Positions 25,129-39,734 are shown, counted from the stretch's first letter. The stretch is DNA of 64,000 nucleotides from Bispira polyomma (GCA_965649765.1 OZ287748.1:68324001-68388000); one strand, 5' to 3'. Notes: generated by a model not told the origin, from the sequence alone. Program-made: numbers and translations.

Positions 25129-26129
25129 TGTACACCAAGCAAACGGAAGTAAATGAAGAGACAATTTGGAAAACATAATCGTTACTATCGTGTTAACCCA
25201 TATTAAGATGCCCAACAGTTGAATTTTTAACTACGTTTATGACGCAAGACACATTACAAAAATTCATATAAATTACGTTTCCATACAATTACCTTATGCA
25301 TTTAGTCTCTTGTGCCACTTTTCAAATATGTTATATTCGCTTCACTTATGTCTTAAACATTGAATACGCAAAATTTGATTTAAATTCTTTTTTATTATGT
25401 TTTGATTACGTTGAATATGTATCAGTGGATATTGCAAAAATGTAGCCAAACGATCTATCCTTTTGTGCTGATCAAATGATGATTTTTTCTTATGTTTTAC
25501 TTATCCAAGCATGCGTTTATATACGTTCAATACGACAAATTTGTTTCAGATTGGTTTTCATCACGTTTTACCTTCCGTTTGTTAATTTTTGTGTACGTAA
25601 TCAACATGGAAGTCCAGTGTGACCAGGCCATTAAAGAGAAAATAATACACTGTTACAGCTTAGATAACTGTGGTTACTTTTGGTTGTGCCAAAATACAGA
25701 ATTCATATTAGCATTATTTATGTTAAAATATAAAGATATTTTGAGAGCCCATCTTTATTCAAAATAAATATCTGGGACTACAAATTGCTGATCAATCAGT
25801 ACGCCTTTCGATTTTCTCAAAGTTTTATAATACATTAATATTCATACCAATGTATCTACTGAAATGCACAACAATCAATAATACAAGGCTTAGAAATGAG
25901 ACAAGATATTAATCAACAAGATCAGAAATTTGGTTAGATTTTCATTAAGCAATAACACAATTCTTCAGGTTATGGATATACCAAAAGTTATATTCACAAG
26001 TTTAGTTTGATTCTACGCGATCAATTCACCAATGTTTTTATACTGTTGGGCCATAAAGGGAATTTATGTATAGTACATGTACTGTGAGCTCCCAACTTGC
26101 AGCAGTAACTGGTATAGTTTCCTAATATA

Positions 26130-26700
26130 GGCCTGGTCACACCTACACGTGCTAAGGTCCCCTAATGTACCTAAGCAATATACACTGAAAACGTGGTAGT
26201 ATTGTATCAAAGTGATGTAATTTCCATAAAGGGGTAGTCGATTGTGATGTTTTGTCACGTTTCGTGACGATGTTGGTACTTGTACACACGAAGAGGGGGC
26301 AAAAAACGGACCCTTTACTGGTAGGATATCACTACCTACTACTATAAGAAGTAATATACTGCTACTTACGGCTGCGTTCTGCTGCCTTCTGCTACTTAGT
26401 GAAACTTTCTTGGCTAACAGAGACGATCTCACTACTTACTGGGACTTCCTCGCTACCTACTACTACATAAAGCTACTTACTGATATGTTTATGCTACTTT
26501 CAGAAACGTTCGGGGAACACTACAGAAAAAAGATGAAATGGAGACGTTTCCGGAACGATACTATACGTCGTGAAAGGTCTAAAAACGTAAAGAAATGATC
26601 ACAGAAGGGATCCTCACTTCCTACTACGTTTCAAAACGTTTCCTAAATTCCCACAACGTGACACAAACGTAGCTCTAGAACGTGTAGGTGTGACCAGGAC
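26130..26700. mobile_element. PIF/Harbinger-type MITE (571 bp)
   Basis: TIR ggcctggtcacacctacacgt / acgtgtaggtgtgaccaggac; 3-bp TSD ATA; interior rich in acgt and ctact motifs. Confidence 0.82.
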
Positions 26701-29700
26701 ATATAATATTGAAGCAATGTTCGATTCCAACCATTGTACGTGACAAGCAAGTGATTTGTATAATCATCACTTCTTACAATCAGGCAACCATAGGCTGTCC
26801 CATCTGCAGAAATACTTGGTGTATTAATGCCATGTCTGTTACCATTGTCAAATATGTATCGTCAGAGAAGTGAGACAAAAATTGATTTTGATAGCAAATG
26901 TTTATTTGTGTTCAGTTTAACATCCATTTTCCACAGCTGAGCAGAGTGTTAAAACAAGTAGTTTTTTTTTTTGTTGTTGGAAAAAAGTGGTAATGGGGAA
27001 GTTGTTTAAGGTTTTCCACAATGCAAACCACAAGGCCTTCAGCAGATCCACTACCAGCTTCTCCACACATAAATTGCTTTATGCTAAGGTCACGAACTGA
27101 ACCCTGGCCGCAGAGATTGAAGGCTATAGAGTGTATACCTATATACACAGCACTTGTTATTTATTTCTACCATTTATATACCTCCCACATTAATATATTT
27201 CATCCTGAGCATCTTGTTCTATGACAGGTCTTTCTTAGTTATTTCCAGTATTTATATAGCGCCCGAATTGATATATTTTATCCTGAGCATCTTGTTCTGT
27301 GGTAGGTCTTTCTTAATTTATAACGACTAAATCCAATCTTTTGTTGCTCAAGAAAGAGCTTAATAAAGACACATTTTTTTGTGACACTTTACTTTGACTC
27401 TATATACGGAACTGTATGTGAAATTTTACAGCTAAAATTTTCAAATGCAAAAGGCAAACAATAATGATGTTTTTACCTCTACTTAAAAATGACCAAAATG
27501 ATCCTTGGTGAAAATAAGCAGATGGAAGAAGAATATTTGTACCACCCCTAGGCGCTAAAATGGGAATATATTTTTGTGATGACAGGAGAAGAATATAATG
27601 CATGAACCTATGTACGGTCTGGATGGGTAGAATTTCTAGATGTTCTCGGGTTACCATAATGTTGATTTATTTTTAAACACTCTTCAGCTTGCAGTAGCAT
27701 CATTTTATTATTATTATTATTACAAAACCACATTTTAATTTACTGTAACAAAATTAACACACCCTCCTTTCTGCCATTATTGTAATAAGGAGTTGTCGTA
27801 GGTCAAGAAATTCATATAAAAGAAGGGGAGAAATTTTTAATTTTTTGGTGAGAATAACACCTTTGTTATTATATACAGCTGGCTCTAGGTGTCATTAGGC
27901 ATTCTACAGAGTTAACGGGCAGGGTCTGGGAGTTATATTTACTCCTTACAAAAGACAGCTAGCCCTTCTGGGGCGTAATGGTGTATATTTTTACAGTATT
28001 TTACTCGTAGTATAATTATGTACAGTGTTATATAGATTATATTATTATTTGTGGGTTTTTTCTTCAATTGCCATTTCCTTTTTGTTATTAGTTCACAAAT
28101 ATTAAAGGTCATAAGCTCAAATTTCTATTTTATTTACACTAAATTCCAGCTACAATTACCCCACAAACATTGTCAGTATTGTGTGTATCTTTCAGATGTC
28201 TTTCAAAGAAAATACTGCATTGATGGCAAAATAGTTTAGTTTGGTTTAACGCTCAACACATTTAGTGCCCCATATTGATGGGCAGTTCGTTGATATAGAG
28301 GGTAGTTGGTCAAGGTTTATTCTACTCTGCCAGCCTTCAGTAAATCGACTGTCAACTTGCCCTACATACACATCAGTGCTGAAATTTGAAACCCACATAA
28401 CCAGAAAACCCAAATTTATTGTTGAATTAATTTGAAAATTAATTTATCACATGAATGAAGTATATAATAGAGTCTTACAACAAGGCTACTAAATCAACAG
28501 TGTGTGTGTGGGTGTTGTGGAGGACAGATCTCTCAGTGAGTACTTAACAATCTCTACCCCTTTCTCACCCCCTCCCCAACTCTTTTCCCCTCCCCTTATG
28601 CCCCCCCCCCCCCACCCACAGTTGTTCTGTTGTATAAACTCAAAAGCTAGCTGATAAAAAGGGAGAAAGTGAAGTGACACACAGAGATGTGATATCACAC
28701 ATACTCACAGATTTAGAGAAGAGAGCTTGTAAGTGACACAATAACACAACTCCAACCATACAACAAAGGGGGGGAGAGGGGAGACACATATATATCTGGA
28801 TGCATTATATAAAACCTATACTGTATGTGTGTTATATGGAACTAAGTGCACCCTAATATGGATCTAGATTGGGCTAGTGGATAACTTAACATTCTCGTGT
28901 GTTTGGCCTTAGTTTTGCAAGGGAAGAGTACCATATGGATGCTGATTTAAGGTGGGTAGTTTTGCATTTGTGGACCCATGTAGTTATAGGCATTATGGGG
29001 TATTATTACTGTTTTGAGGTATGAAACAGAGTTATGCTGTTGGCAGCTTCATGTATTGAGAATGTATACAAGTAAAAATATTATAGGCACTCTATATACA
29101 CCCCATTGGTTGTAACCCACACTGACTTAGTAGAATTTTAAAGTATGCTGTAAACAGGTGTGTAAATATGACTCTCATTAAAACAATATTTTATTTTTTC
29201 AATCTAATTTCCTTCACCTTTACACTTTAATGAATTGGAAGATTAGTACATCTGTAACCGGCTTCAAATAAATAACATGTAAGAACTGACTATGAAACCA
29301 AGTGTCAGGTTTATTGTTTAACAAAAAGATATGATGTTGAACGTTCCTGAAAAATATTGATGCCGGTCCAAATTCTCCTCTTAAACTAATTATGTAGGTA
29401 TGAATCTTTAATTAGTTTGTAAGCACTGTACAAATGATGCACATAGTTTGACTTTTGAATTTTAGATTTGACCACTTAGTTTTGGCAGGCAGTGCCATAA
29501 CTGCAATGGGCAATATCCATGTCACGTATATCATATCCCACTGTTTCTATTTGCCTTATTTTGTTCCAACCAATATTAAGACCCCATTATCCCCCATTTC
29601 TGTTGTCAATATTATCTCAGGCCAATAGTTATACCCTGTTCTCAAGTATCGTGAAAAGTCATCTGTACACATCACATATACAAATTATTTTTTTTAGGAG

Positions 29701-32539
29701 AGCTGTGATGGATCTATGTATGTCATGCATATTCATCAAAAGTAGTGGATATGGACTGTACAAGTCATATTTACTTCTGTTCAAACCTTATTTGATGGTA
29801 TCAGGTATCAAAATTTGCAGTTATAGGCCAAGGTGGCACAGAAGTTATGAAAAGCTGATACGAAAAAAGAAAGTTATGCCCTGAAAATAAAAATGTTATA
29901 ATATGTACCCATTCCTTGCTTCAGTAACGGAAAATGTTGACATGTAGGAATGATGTTTATATGTGAATGAAAATATGACCTTCAAATCATCTACAAATAA
30001 TTCTAATACCCTTTTCAGTATTGGGCCCGACTACTGCAGTAATTCTCTACATCACCCTAGCATTCTGTTCAATGGTTTTCCATTTTTATTTGCAGTACGA
30101 TATGAAATTACAAACGACATTAATTAAAATTCTATTTTAATACGAGTATTCCCTGCATATCCATTTTTTACAATTCCCACACATTTTAAAGTCCACTAAT
30201 ACACTCCCTTTGCAGAGTAATGAGTTTAAATCTCAAATTTTAAGAAAAATTACATAATGCCATAACTTTGCCAAATGACTGCCAAATGAAAAATTTATGT
30301 ATGAGATTTGATATTTAGATATTTGTTGTCTGAGCTTTTCCAGTTGATTTATTTCGGCTTTCCATGCAAGGAGGATAGTATTTATGAATATCCTTACACA
30401 AATTTTCCATTAAGAGAAAAATGTTATGGGTCAATTAAGGTAGTGACAGCCCCGTATTTCCTTTGCCCATAACAAAGTAATTAGATATTTGATTCCAGCC
30501 ATATCATAAAAATATCTAGGTCAATACTCAAGAGATTCGAAACTCAAGATGATTTAATAGCCTGTTCTCACTTTCTGAATGAAAATTATCCAGAAATTTT
30601 TATCTACATGAATCAGAGAATACAGAGGTTTGAACCTAATTGCTTTTAATGACATTGCACTCATGTCATTAGATATTTTCATATGCTTCTGTTACATTCT
30701 GTTAGTTTCTGTTGCTGTAGAAAGTTTTGACAACACAACTGGTAAAGAAAGGGTGTTCTACAAGATGGTGTTTTAAGTCCCAGGTTTATGTACAAGAAAA
30801 ATTACTTCAGGTGAACTCTTTTGAAAGTGAGTTTCCACATTGTGTTACTTACGTCATTGTCAACATATTTTTTTTTTCTGTCATTGAAATAACAATATAC
30901 CAGTTGAGAATTATTAGGAGGATCTTAAAGTACATATTTCAGTGAGTTTGTGTTGATTTTTTTATTATTGTTCAAATCTTCTGCTTTAGAGCTAACTGTT
31001 TATTTTGTACTGGGGTTTTATAACTGAATGTAAGAAAATAGGCAATGGTTTGTTTTTAAAAGTAAAAAAAAAAACACAACAACATTAGGGATCGTAACAA
31101 TGTTTGGCAAATTGTTCTTCTTTTTTCAAACCTTGTGTAAGTGATCAATAGCCCGGAGAAGTAACAGCGTACGTGACTAGTTTAAGTAAAAGAATTATGT
31201 AATTAGGTCATAACTCTTGTTGCTTAGCAACTGAGTCCTAATAAATGCGTATTTCCTGTGAGCTGAATTGAGGGGGATTTTCTTCCCCGTCGGGCCGTTT
31301 TTTTTATATTTGGCTCTTATTGTTATTTCTGCAGCCAGAAATGAAGATTGAGATTGTCACATTGCATGACCACTTAAGAAAGAGTAACCTTAACCAGGGT
31401 TTAAAAGGGTTTTTTGCATTTGACCTGTTTATTGCTGTAGAGAGGCATTTGTGTTTTTCGTAAGCACCATTTCTCCCATATAAGTGCTCAGCAGAAGAAA
31501 CCCCCAGAGGGATCATATGGAAAGGTTATACATGGGTCATGTTAATTGTTTGCTATATATGGAAGACTGTGTTCAACAATGTAGTGACATAAGTAGCTGA
31601 AGTGTAAGTTAATAATGCCACTAATACAGTCCAACTACAAGAGGATGCCTAATTAAATAACAGACTCTCCGAGCAGGTCTGTGTCTTATGGTTTAGTTAC
31701 TGGAATGGATGATGGATATGATGGCCCTACCCTGCCATGTAGAGCAGTTTACCTCAGGAAAGATCAGGAAAGCACCTACTTCACTTTCGTTCAGGTGCAA
31801 ATTCAAAGGCATTATTGTTTCCATAATGCATTCCCCTTCTGTTGTCTTCAAGGTAATGGTTGGTCTTTTGATGTTTTGACATTCTCCATTCATATCACTT
31901 ACAAATTGGTTCATTCTTATCTAGGGCCCATTATCATTTCATATGATAAAGGAAGCATTAAAAGTTGGATTAAAATAATAAATGTATATTGTTTAGTGAA
32001 AGTGGTGACATGACCCGTTTTTTTTTTGTTTTTTTTTTTTTTCTTTTTTTTTTCAATTCCATGCAAGTACCAGTGTATTTGACGATTAACCTAAACCTTA
32101 TCCAAGATGGCAAGAATGAAGGCTTGTCTTAACCTTAAGTGAAAACCTTTTACTGAGGCTTACTCTGACATGTAGGGCTACCTCCCTCTGCACAATGCCT
32201 TTAAAAATGTACACTGCTTTAACAGAATCATCTTCTTGTAGCTGTTTCACTGTCAAGATAGATCAGGAGCAGCCTCGATTTTGGGCACTCCGGACGTAAT
32301 CTTGTAGCTCATGGATTGATCTTGACACTCAGGGTCGAAATCCTGGTGATCTGGGGATCTAATAACGCGATCGTGAAGTTTCTGAACATGTTAAATAAAT
32401 GGGGCAATTGAAGATTTTACCTCCCCTCTGAGGGAAAGTAGGGATTTGCCCCGAGTAACCCTGATGCCACCCCGGTTGATCTGGGTGTATTTCCCCCCAT
32501 CCCCCTAAAACAACAAAATGGAATCCTCATTGTTGTAAA

Positions 32540-32906
32540 TATCAACCTGGGTGGCTTTCCCGATTGTTAAGATCAGCTGGGGTGGCTTCTCCGATTGTTA
32601 TCAACTGGGGTGGCTTTCCCAATTGTTAGGATCAACTGGGGTGACACCCCGATTGAAAAGATTGCTCTTTGCAAAAAATGGAACATGGAAAAAACTGACC
32701 TTTTATACCCAAAACCCTATTAAAAAACTGAGGAGCTCAGTCAAACAAGTGTCACCCAGACTGATCTTTACGATCGGGGAGGTCACCCAGACTCATCTTT
32801 ATGATCGGGGAGTTCACTCAGACTCATCTTTATGAATGGGGAGGTCAATCAAACTGCTTTTTACGATCGAGGAGATCACCCAGACTGATCTTTACGATCG
32901 GGGAGG
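32540..32906. repeat. Two inverted arrays of the same ~30-bp unit (foldback-like)
   Basis: Left array (~4 units) ctttcccgattgttaagatcagctggggtgg; right array (~5 units) tcacccagactgatctttacgatcggggagg, whose reverse complement matches the left unit. Confidence 0.85.
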
Positions 32907-34026
32907 GGGCCTGCACAAGTAAGAATGATGGAGTATTAGAAAGTAACACAAGAAGAAATATTTTATGGAAATTTCCTTTTTGAAAAAAAAAGCTCTATCA
33001 CCTCTATAAACAAGAGAGCAAAGTTACCTGTGGGTGTGTCTGTATTTAAGGTCACATATTGTTTGTTGTTTCTCAATCAGTTAAGGAGTTTGTTTGGTGA
33101 TCATAAGGTCCCCGCCCGGTTTAAGCCCCCCGTTATATAGTGACATAATTATAAACACATTATAGACAAATTAATTTCAATAACTTTTTCATTCACACAA
33201 GTGGAATGACTTTCCAGAGCAAATAAAGTCCAACCTTGGCCTATTGTGCATTATTCTGGAAATTCCCCTGCTTGTATTTCTTATATGGCAACTTCCTGTT
33301 ATTTTTTTTTTTTTTTTTTATATGGCAACTTCCTGCTGCACAGTATTCTGTGCAACAAAACCACATCAGTTGTAGGAAAGAAAATAATTATCTGGCCAGA
33401 TCTCTTCAAAGATCTGGGTCAATGCCGGCAGATGTGCCTTAATTAAAATGAGGTAAACACCAGCCTTTCTCAGGCAGTAAGTTTATATTCTTTTTCAAAT
33501 ATAAGCACTATAAATATTAGTTTTCCAATCAGTAAATTATGGTAACTGTAGCCATCTTTATCTGGTATAAGCAAGCACAGTCAAAAGGTTTGTTATTTAA
33601 CAGTGATGTATATAAGGTTTTTTTAATACTATTTATAAAACGGCTTATCCGCAGAAATGTGGATGTCCTTTACATTAAAAGAGCTTGGTTTTCACATTAC
33701 TTCTTACTGTGCTTTTAGTTAGCATTCAAAGCACATCAACTCTCAGGGGAAAGAAGGGTTGGGGGTTATAAAAATATAGGTCTCCTGTAGTAGAATGATA
33801 AAATACAATGGTTAAATCCAGGGCACCTTTAAGAACTTTGTTATATATAAAAAAAATAAGTGTGAGTTAAGTTGTCAAGTAAAGACATTGCCTTAAGGGA
33901 ATTAGCATTTTCTGTAGGTGTAGAGATACTGAGAAGGGACACGGAGCCGGACTGAGGAGTCTTCACTTGCAAAAATTAGGCTTGCTAGAATAGAAATTTC
34001 AAGGAACATGTATGTGAGGTGAATAT

Positions 34027-34530
34027 AGCCTTAAAATTGAACTTATTTTATTTCTTTTTAAAGCACTTTCCATTCATGGTTCAAAGGAATAATTCATACA
34101 TGGAATATTATAGTAACTGCATTAATTAAAATGATGTATGCCTGGGTAAAATTTAAACTTGACCTCACCAATAGTTATTTTTGTTTTGTTTACCCTACAC
34201 TACATTAAAATCTAATGTTTTTTACTAACTTAATATGTATTATCAGTGTAATGCAAAACACTGTAATTGCAATTAATGCCTTTTCAAAAACTCCATAGTG
34301 GTAATTCCCAAAGACCTTCTTGGTGCACTGCTCTTTTATATGTACTCAGGAATGAATTGGTAGCACTTTGTATTGTCTCAATCAATGTTTTAAACCATGA
34401 ATGAAAGTGTTTTATACAGAAATGACATTAAAAATTAATGCAATTATTATATTCCATGCATGAATTAATGTTTTAAACCATGAATGGAAAGTGCTTTATT
34501 AAGAAAGAAAATGAGTTAAATTTTAAGGCT
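34027..34530. mobile_element. MITE/foldback with ~105-bp imperfect TIRs
   Basis: agccttaaaatt...aaagcactttccattcatggtt...catggaatat vs atattccatg...aaccatgaatggaaagtgcttt...aattttaaggct. Confidence 0.75.
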
Positions 34531-34584
34531 GTTATCCATAATTTTACTGCATACATAAATGAAATAATTAAAATGTTCTCAATC

Positions 34585-34812
34585 TGAAATTTTAATTCCC
34601 CCTATTTTAATCTCGCCTAGGCGGATTTAAAATCTGCCTAGGCGAAATCAAAATTTCAATTTGGTCTAGGCAGACTTTAAATCTGCCTAGGCCAGATTAA
34701 AATTCTATTAGACAAACTTGGAAATTTTAATTCCGCCTAGGCGAAATCAAAATTTTAATTTGGTCTAGGCGGATTTTAAATCCGCCTAGGGGAGATTAAA
34801 ATTTTGATTTGA
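34585..34812. repeat. Cluster of nested palindromes around gcctaggc
   Basis: Repeated cctaggcggatttaaaatctgcctagg-type modules in both orientations. Confidence 0.85.
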
Positions 34813-35186
34813 TTGATTTGATTGATCAGTTATAATTTGAGATTGTGTGTACTTCTACCGATACCTTTCAAATTCAGAACTAGAGTCAGGTGCCTGAACA
34901 TTAGATAGAAGGTTCATGAATAAATCTGCAGATGCAACTGGTAGACCTATGTTATGACGGAAAAGCAAGTTGGTACAGACTTTCAGTTTTGTTTTATCTT
35001 TGTTTCAGTAGATATCCAGGAAGAGAGACTATTCGATTCGGAATGTGCTGCAATTTCAAACTATCCAGAACATGCTAGTTGTTTGGGGTGTGTTAAGAAA
35101 TCGGACGTGGAGAAACAATTTCCTCTGCTGAGATTGTTGATTGATATGATGAATGATATAACTAATCTGGCTGTTGAAACTGAACA

Positions 35187-35217
<31 letters not shown>

Positions 35218-35897
35218 TGTGTTCATTAAGAGAAATTCTATGCCATCTCTAAAGGAACTTGTCTGCAATTAACCCCTGCTAAAAAAACAACAAAAAAAAA
35301 AAAAAAATTTCTCCTTAGAAACAAAAAGAAAAACTACCACAAGTGTACCAAGAATTCTTCCTTATGAGCAGGATATTGAAGTGATCTCAGGGATTAATGG
35401 GCCGCCAATTGTCCATAATTTCCACTGAGATTTTATATCTAGCTCCTTTAGTTTTTTTACTGATTCTGTGGAGTATGAGACTGTGTATATTGGAAAAACT
35501 GTAGGAATTTCCTGAATGAAAGCATTGATGTGATGTTACAATGAATACCTAATCTAGGATGTAGATTGTCAAATTATTTGTCGCATCACTCATGGGTCAT
35601 ATTTATCAATCAAGGATATTAAATTCACAATAATCTGACAAACTATATCCTGCTGTGTTCAATTAGTTTTGAAATCTGACTGCATGTATGAAGTTGCTCT
35701 CTGAAAGTTCTATTATTATTAATAGTGACCATTCAATATGGATACGGTAATGGTCCTAAACTCACAATACACTCAAACTAATATAACCTGTTGTATTTTT
35801 GTGTGCAATAAATAGTTCCTCTCTAAAAACTCTATCAATATGAATGGCGACATGTCTATATCATCCTCTAATGTATATTAATACATGTGGTACTTAT

Positions 35898-36025
35898 GGC
35901 CGCGGTGGCCTAGTGGTTAGCAAGCATTGCGGATCACAATCACTGGTCTCTCACCTCTGAGATCAGCTGGCGTGGGTTTGACTCTCTTCGATGCCTCGGT
36001 GGGAAAGGTGGTAGTTCCTTACTGT
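35898..36025 (+). mobile_element. 3'-truncated tRNA-derived SINE
   Basis: Homologous to the 5' half of 48422-48675 (ggccgcggtggcctagtggttagcaagcattgcg...gggaaaggtggtagttccttactgt). Confidence 0.85.
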
Positions 36026-38491
36026 AAAAAAGGTAATACAAAGGATTACTGCCCTTTCATGTGTTAAGCTAGGGTGAATGTTTGAATAAGACAGCACGCT
36101 TTCATAAGGGACTGCAAAAATATTGTTCTTATCATCATAATTGTCAAGTATATTGGAGTCAAAGAATTATACTGTTATTGGTGATGTTTTATAACCAACC
36201 AAACCACCAGTTGAATACTGGATTTTAGTTTGTTTGTTTTTTAAATTATACAAGTGGAAGGTTTATCTTGAAACAGTTTCACTGATATACAAGTATTAAG
36301 AAATTTAATGAAATTGATTTTCCTAACTTGCCGTTTTGTTTTACTATCCAAGGTTTTCCTCACACAAACTTCAAATATATTTGACAATGGTCATGCCCAT
36401 AAGGAAAGATTTGTTAAATGATTATACTTATTCACAGAATGATTTTGTTACATATGCAATCAAATATCTTTATTTATATACTGGTGTGTGTTCTCATTGT
36501 ATTTTTTATAAAGTCGTAAAATCCAAGACAAACATCCTGCTTCATTATTTTACATCTGCTATAAACGAAATGGCAATTGCATTCATATTCAAATTTGTTC
36601 TCATTGTACTGCATTTATCTACATTTATCTACCTTTGTCAGATGTTCAACGTTCTGATTAACCATTTCTTGGTAATTAACCATTTTTGTCATTGCCCTAA
36701 TTGTAAACAAAGACTTTTCTGATGTCGGGGTTATATTTTTACATAATGCGCTTCAAAACATCAGATTGAGCTAGTCATACCTGAACAATAGTCAAACGCC
36801 CCCACATAGGAAATATGCTTCCTGCTGGCACTACTTGTTTTCAGTTGTCAGTACCCCTGTCATGTGTACTCATCCATTAGAAACACATTAGCATTCATTG
36901 TCACACCGCCCTACAGTCTGCAAACAATAATCCATGAATGAAAGAGTTGTAAATGTCAGTGACCACAAGGACAAAAGTCCCCAATCAGGCACTTTGATGT
37001 CATTTCTATGTTGAAATGATGTTCTGATCCAAATCTACATCTATAGTTGATCACACATGAAAGTTCGATTGGCTTTGTTTTTATACATCAATAGGCAATA
37101 GAACCCAGGTTTTATATAATATTTAGACAGTGATGTTGTGAACAACACAATGAATAAAGCAAACTAAGAAGTATGAAACTAACTACAAGTTCTTATTGTA
37201 AAGCATATGCCTTTGTTGTTGAAATGTAGAGTGCCATAACAACATTCTGCTTTGAAGTTGTTGTAAAATCTACATTTTTCCTTTTAAGTAAAAATGTTTT
37301 TATAGTGAAAAAGGAAATTCTATGGACATTACCAAATATTATAATATTTCAATCCAGCCTCAAGGTCCACTGGTATAAATGGCCAAAATGCTCATGTGAG
37401 AGAGTTTGAAAGAAATGGTAGATATTAATTTTAAAATTTACTAACACAGACTGGCTTCTGGTTACTTTAGATAACCCCTAAGGTTTTAGGCTAGACTCCA
37501 CCTTAATCTAAAACTTGTACAGATAAAGAAAGAAGTTGCGATAACAAAATATGTAATATATTGTAAAAGTGGACATTTTTAAGTGCACAAAAATATTAGA
37601 ATTCTTAGGATATTTATTGGAATTTGTCCAATAATATTTTGATAAATCAAGCTATCTGGTTTTTATTGACTTACAATCTCGATAAATTGACTTGGCAATC
37701 TCGATTGATCTACTTACTAAGTTGACAAAATAGAAACAAAAATCATTTTACGATTCTACACTTTCGTATTTATAGAAATTGCAACCTTATGTGTAGTATA
37801 GATGAATGCTTCATCGGTGACGCATATACTATTTAATTAATGGAACACACCATTGACTTCTATCTACATATGTGACAGCAAAGGCTGAATGGCCTCTATT
37901 TGTGCACCTCACTTTCTTACTCAGTAGTGGTGTAAATAGAAAAAAATATTTACTCACCACCTGGTAATAATAGACAACTCATTCCCTTATTATATAGCAT
38001 CTAACTTTATCAACAATATTAGTTTACGTCAAGGAGACACATTTTCACCTAGGCATTGCAATAGTTTTTTTAAATGATGTACTTCTTTATGCAAATGACC
38101 TTACACTATTAGTGCAGTATAAGGAAGACCTTTAAAGCATGCTTGATGTAATGTTGCAGTGGGGACGAAAATTGGAAATAAACTTTAACCGCATCAAATC
38201 ACAAGTGTTTTATTTCAGAAAACCACGTTGTCCTTGTATTAAATTTTCTTTCCAGCTCGGATATGTGACTCCTTGAAAACTGTAAATAATTATAAATATT
38301 TATGAACGGTAATTTATGCAAATGTATATTTAAGTTAATAAATCGAGATGGCTAATTGATCAAGACATAAAAATATTTTCCAAGTGTTCGCTTCTGTAAA
38401 ACTTACTTCCTGGTGAGAATTTCCACTCATACAGTATTAACCCTGTATATTGACTTGAAAGGATTTCCTAGCTCTTCTTTATTACTATAAT

Positions 38492-38588
38492 ACTGGGCCT
38501 TAGCCAGGTCTTAGGCTTAAATCTAGCACAAAAGTATACTGATTTAAGCCTAAGACCTGGCTAAATCCCTTCGTGAATACGGCCCCAG
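38492..38588. mobile_element. Small hairpin MITE remnant (perfect 24-bp arms, 17-nt loop)
   Basis: ttagccaggtcttaggcttaaatc (38500-38523) / gatttaagcctaagacctggctaa (38541-38564) inside ctgggcc...ggccccag ends; absent from the paralogous site near 46830. Confidence 0.7.
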
Positions 38589-39734
38589 GGTATAAAAAAT
38601 TCTATAAATACAGCAGTTTATGTTATTTTCTGAAGCTTCCCTAATAGGAAATCAACTATGTGTATTTCACCAGGGAGCAATTTTGATACAAAAGGTCTCA
38701 AACCATAAACTCACAGTGTATTTTTGTGTACAGCCCCAAAAAAGAAAATCCAAAATCTAACTGCATAGTTGAATTCGCTGTTGAAAGCTTTATTAAAACG
38801 AATGTGACATGTCTTGGTTATTATTGTCATGCATAAAGACAGTTTGAGTATTTGAGTTTAAGAATACCAATAATTTGTAAGATCCTTGGTTTTATGCACA
38901 GCACCCCCCCCCTCCCCCCCTCCCCCCCCCTTCCAGTCTTCCATTTGCACCTATATTAACTCCCAATGTTAATTACACCGTGACATTTGCTACCAACAAT
39001 TACTGACCAATATACAGAGCCACACAAAAAAAGACATGTGGTTGATAATCAGACTGACAAAAGTCACCTCAAGCCATGGTCTGGTTCATTTATTGATGGT
39101 AGCTTTCTTCTTTTTTTTTTTTTGAGGCTTCATTTTTACAGCATTTCCTACTCTTTATTTCTATGTGATTACAACTTGCTTATCATACAGTTGATGAGAT
39201 GTTATGATGTTCTAAGGTTATGTATTATTATTATTATTATTGAAGCATTCATATAGCGCCCTACTTATAGATCATCCCCCAAGGCGATAATGCTACAACA
39301 TAGCCATGGTGTTCATCCGTAGGCAATAGTATGTTCAGATCATGCCAACAGATGTGATTCCCACCAATGAATCTCATGCCATTTAACGGGAGTTTAACCA
39401 GGGACCTTGAGATCACCACACCAACTCCCCTAACTACAATTAAACCTGGGACTATCTGGCCTCTGTATATGTTTTGGCAATATCACTTTGAGGGAATATA
39501 AACTCTTCAAGACAAAAATTAGTTATTGCTGGTCAGTCCAATATTTTGAGGGAAGTGATGCTACAATAACAATTATCATATTTAAGCAAGCAAAAGAGTT
39601 AAAAACAACGTATATTATTCAAATAAGAAGTGTTGTCCATTATCCAATAGTCTGGTTTAAGATTACATAACAAATGTTATACGCACTTGCATTTTTTGTA
39701 CTGGCAAGTGGCAAATTTTGTTGACAGAATATAA

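Noticed and set aside
38500-38564. pre-miRNA
   Set aside because: Perfect arms sit within MITE-like ends and are absent from the paralogous copy, indicating an insertion.
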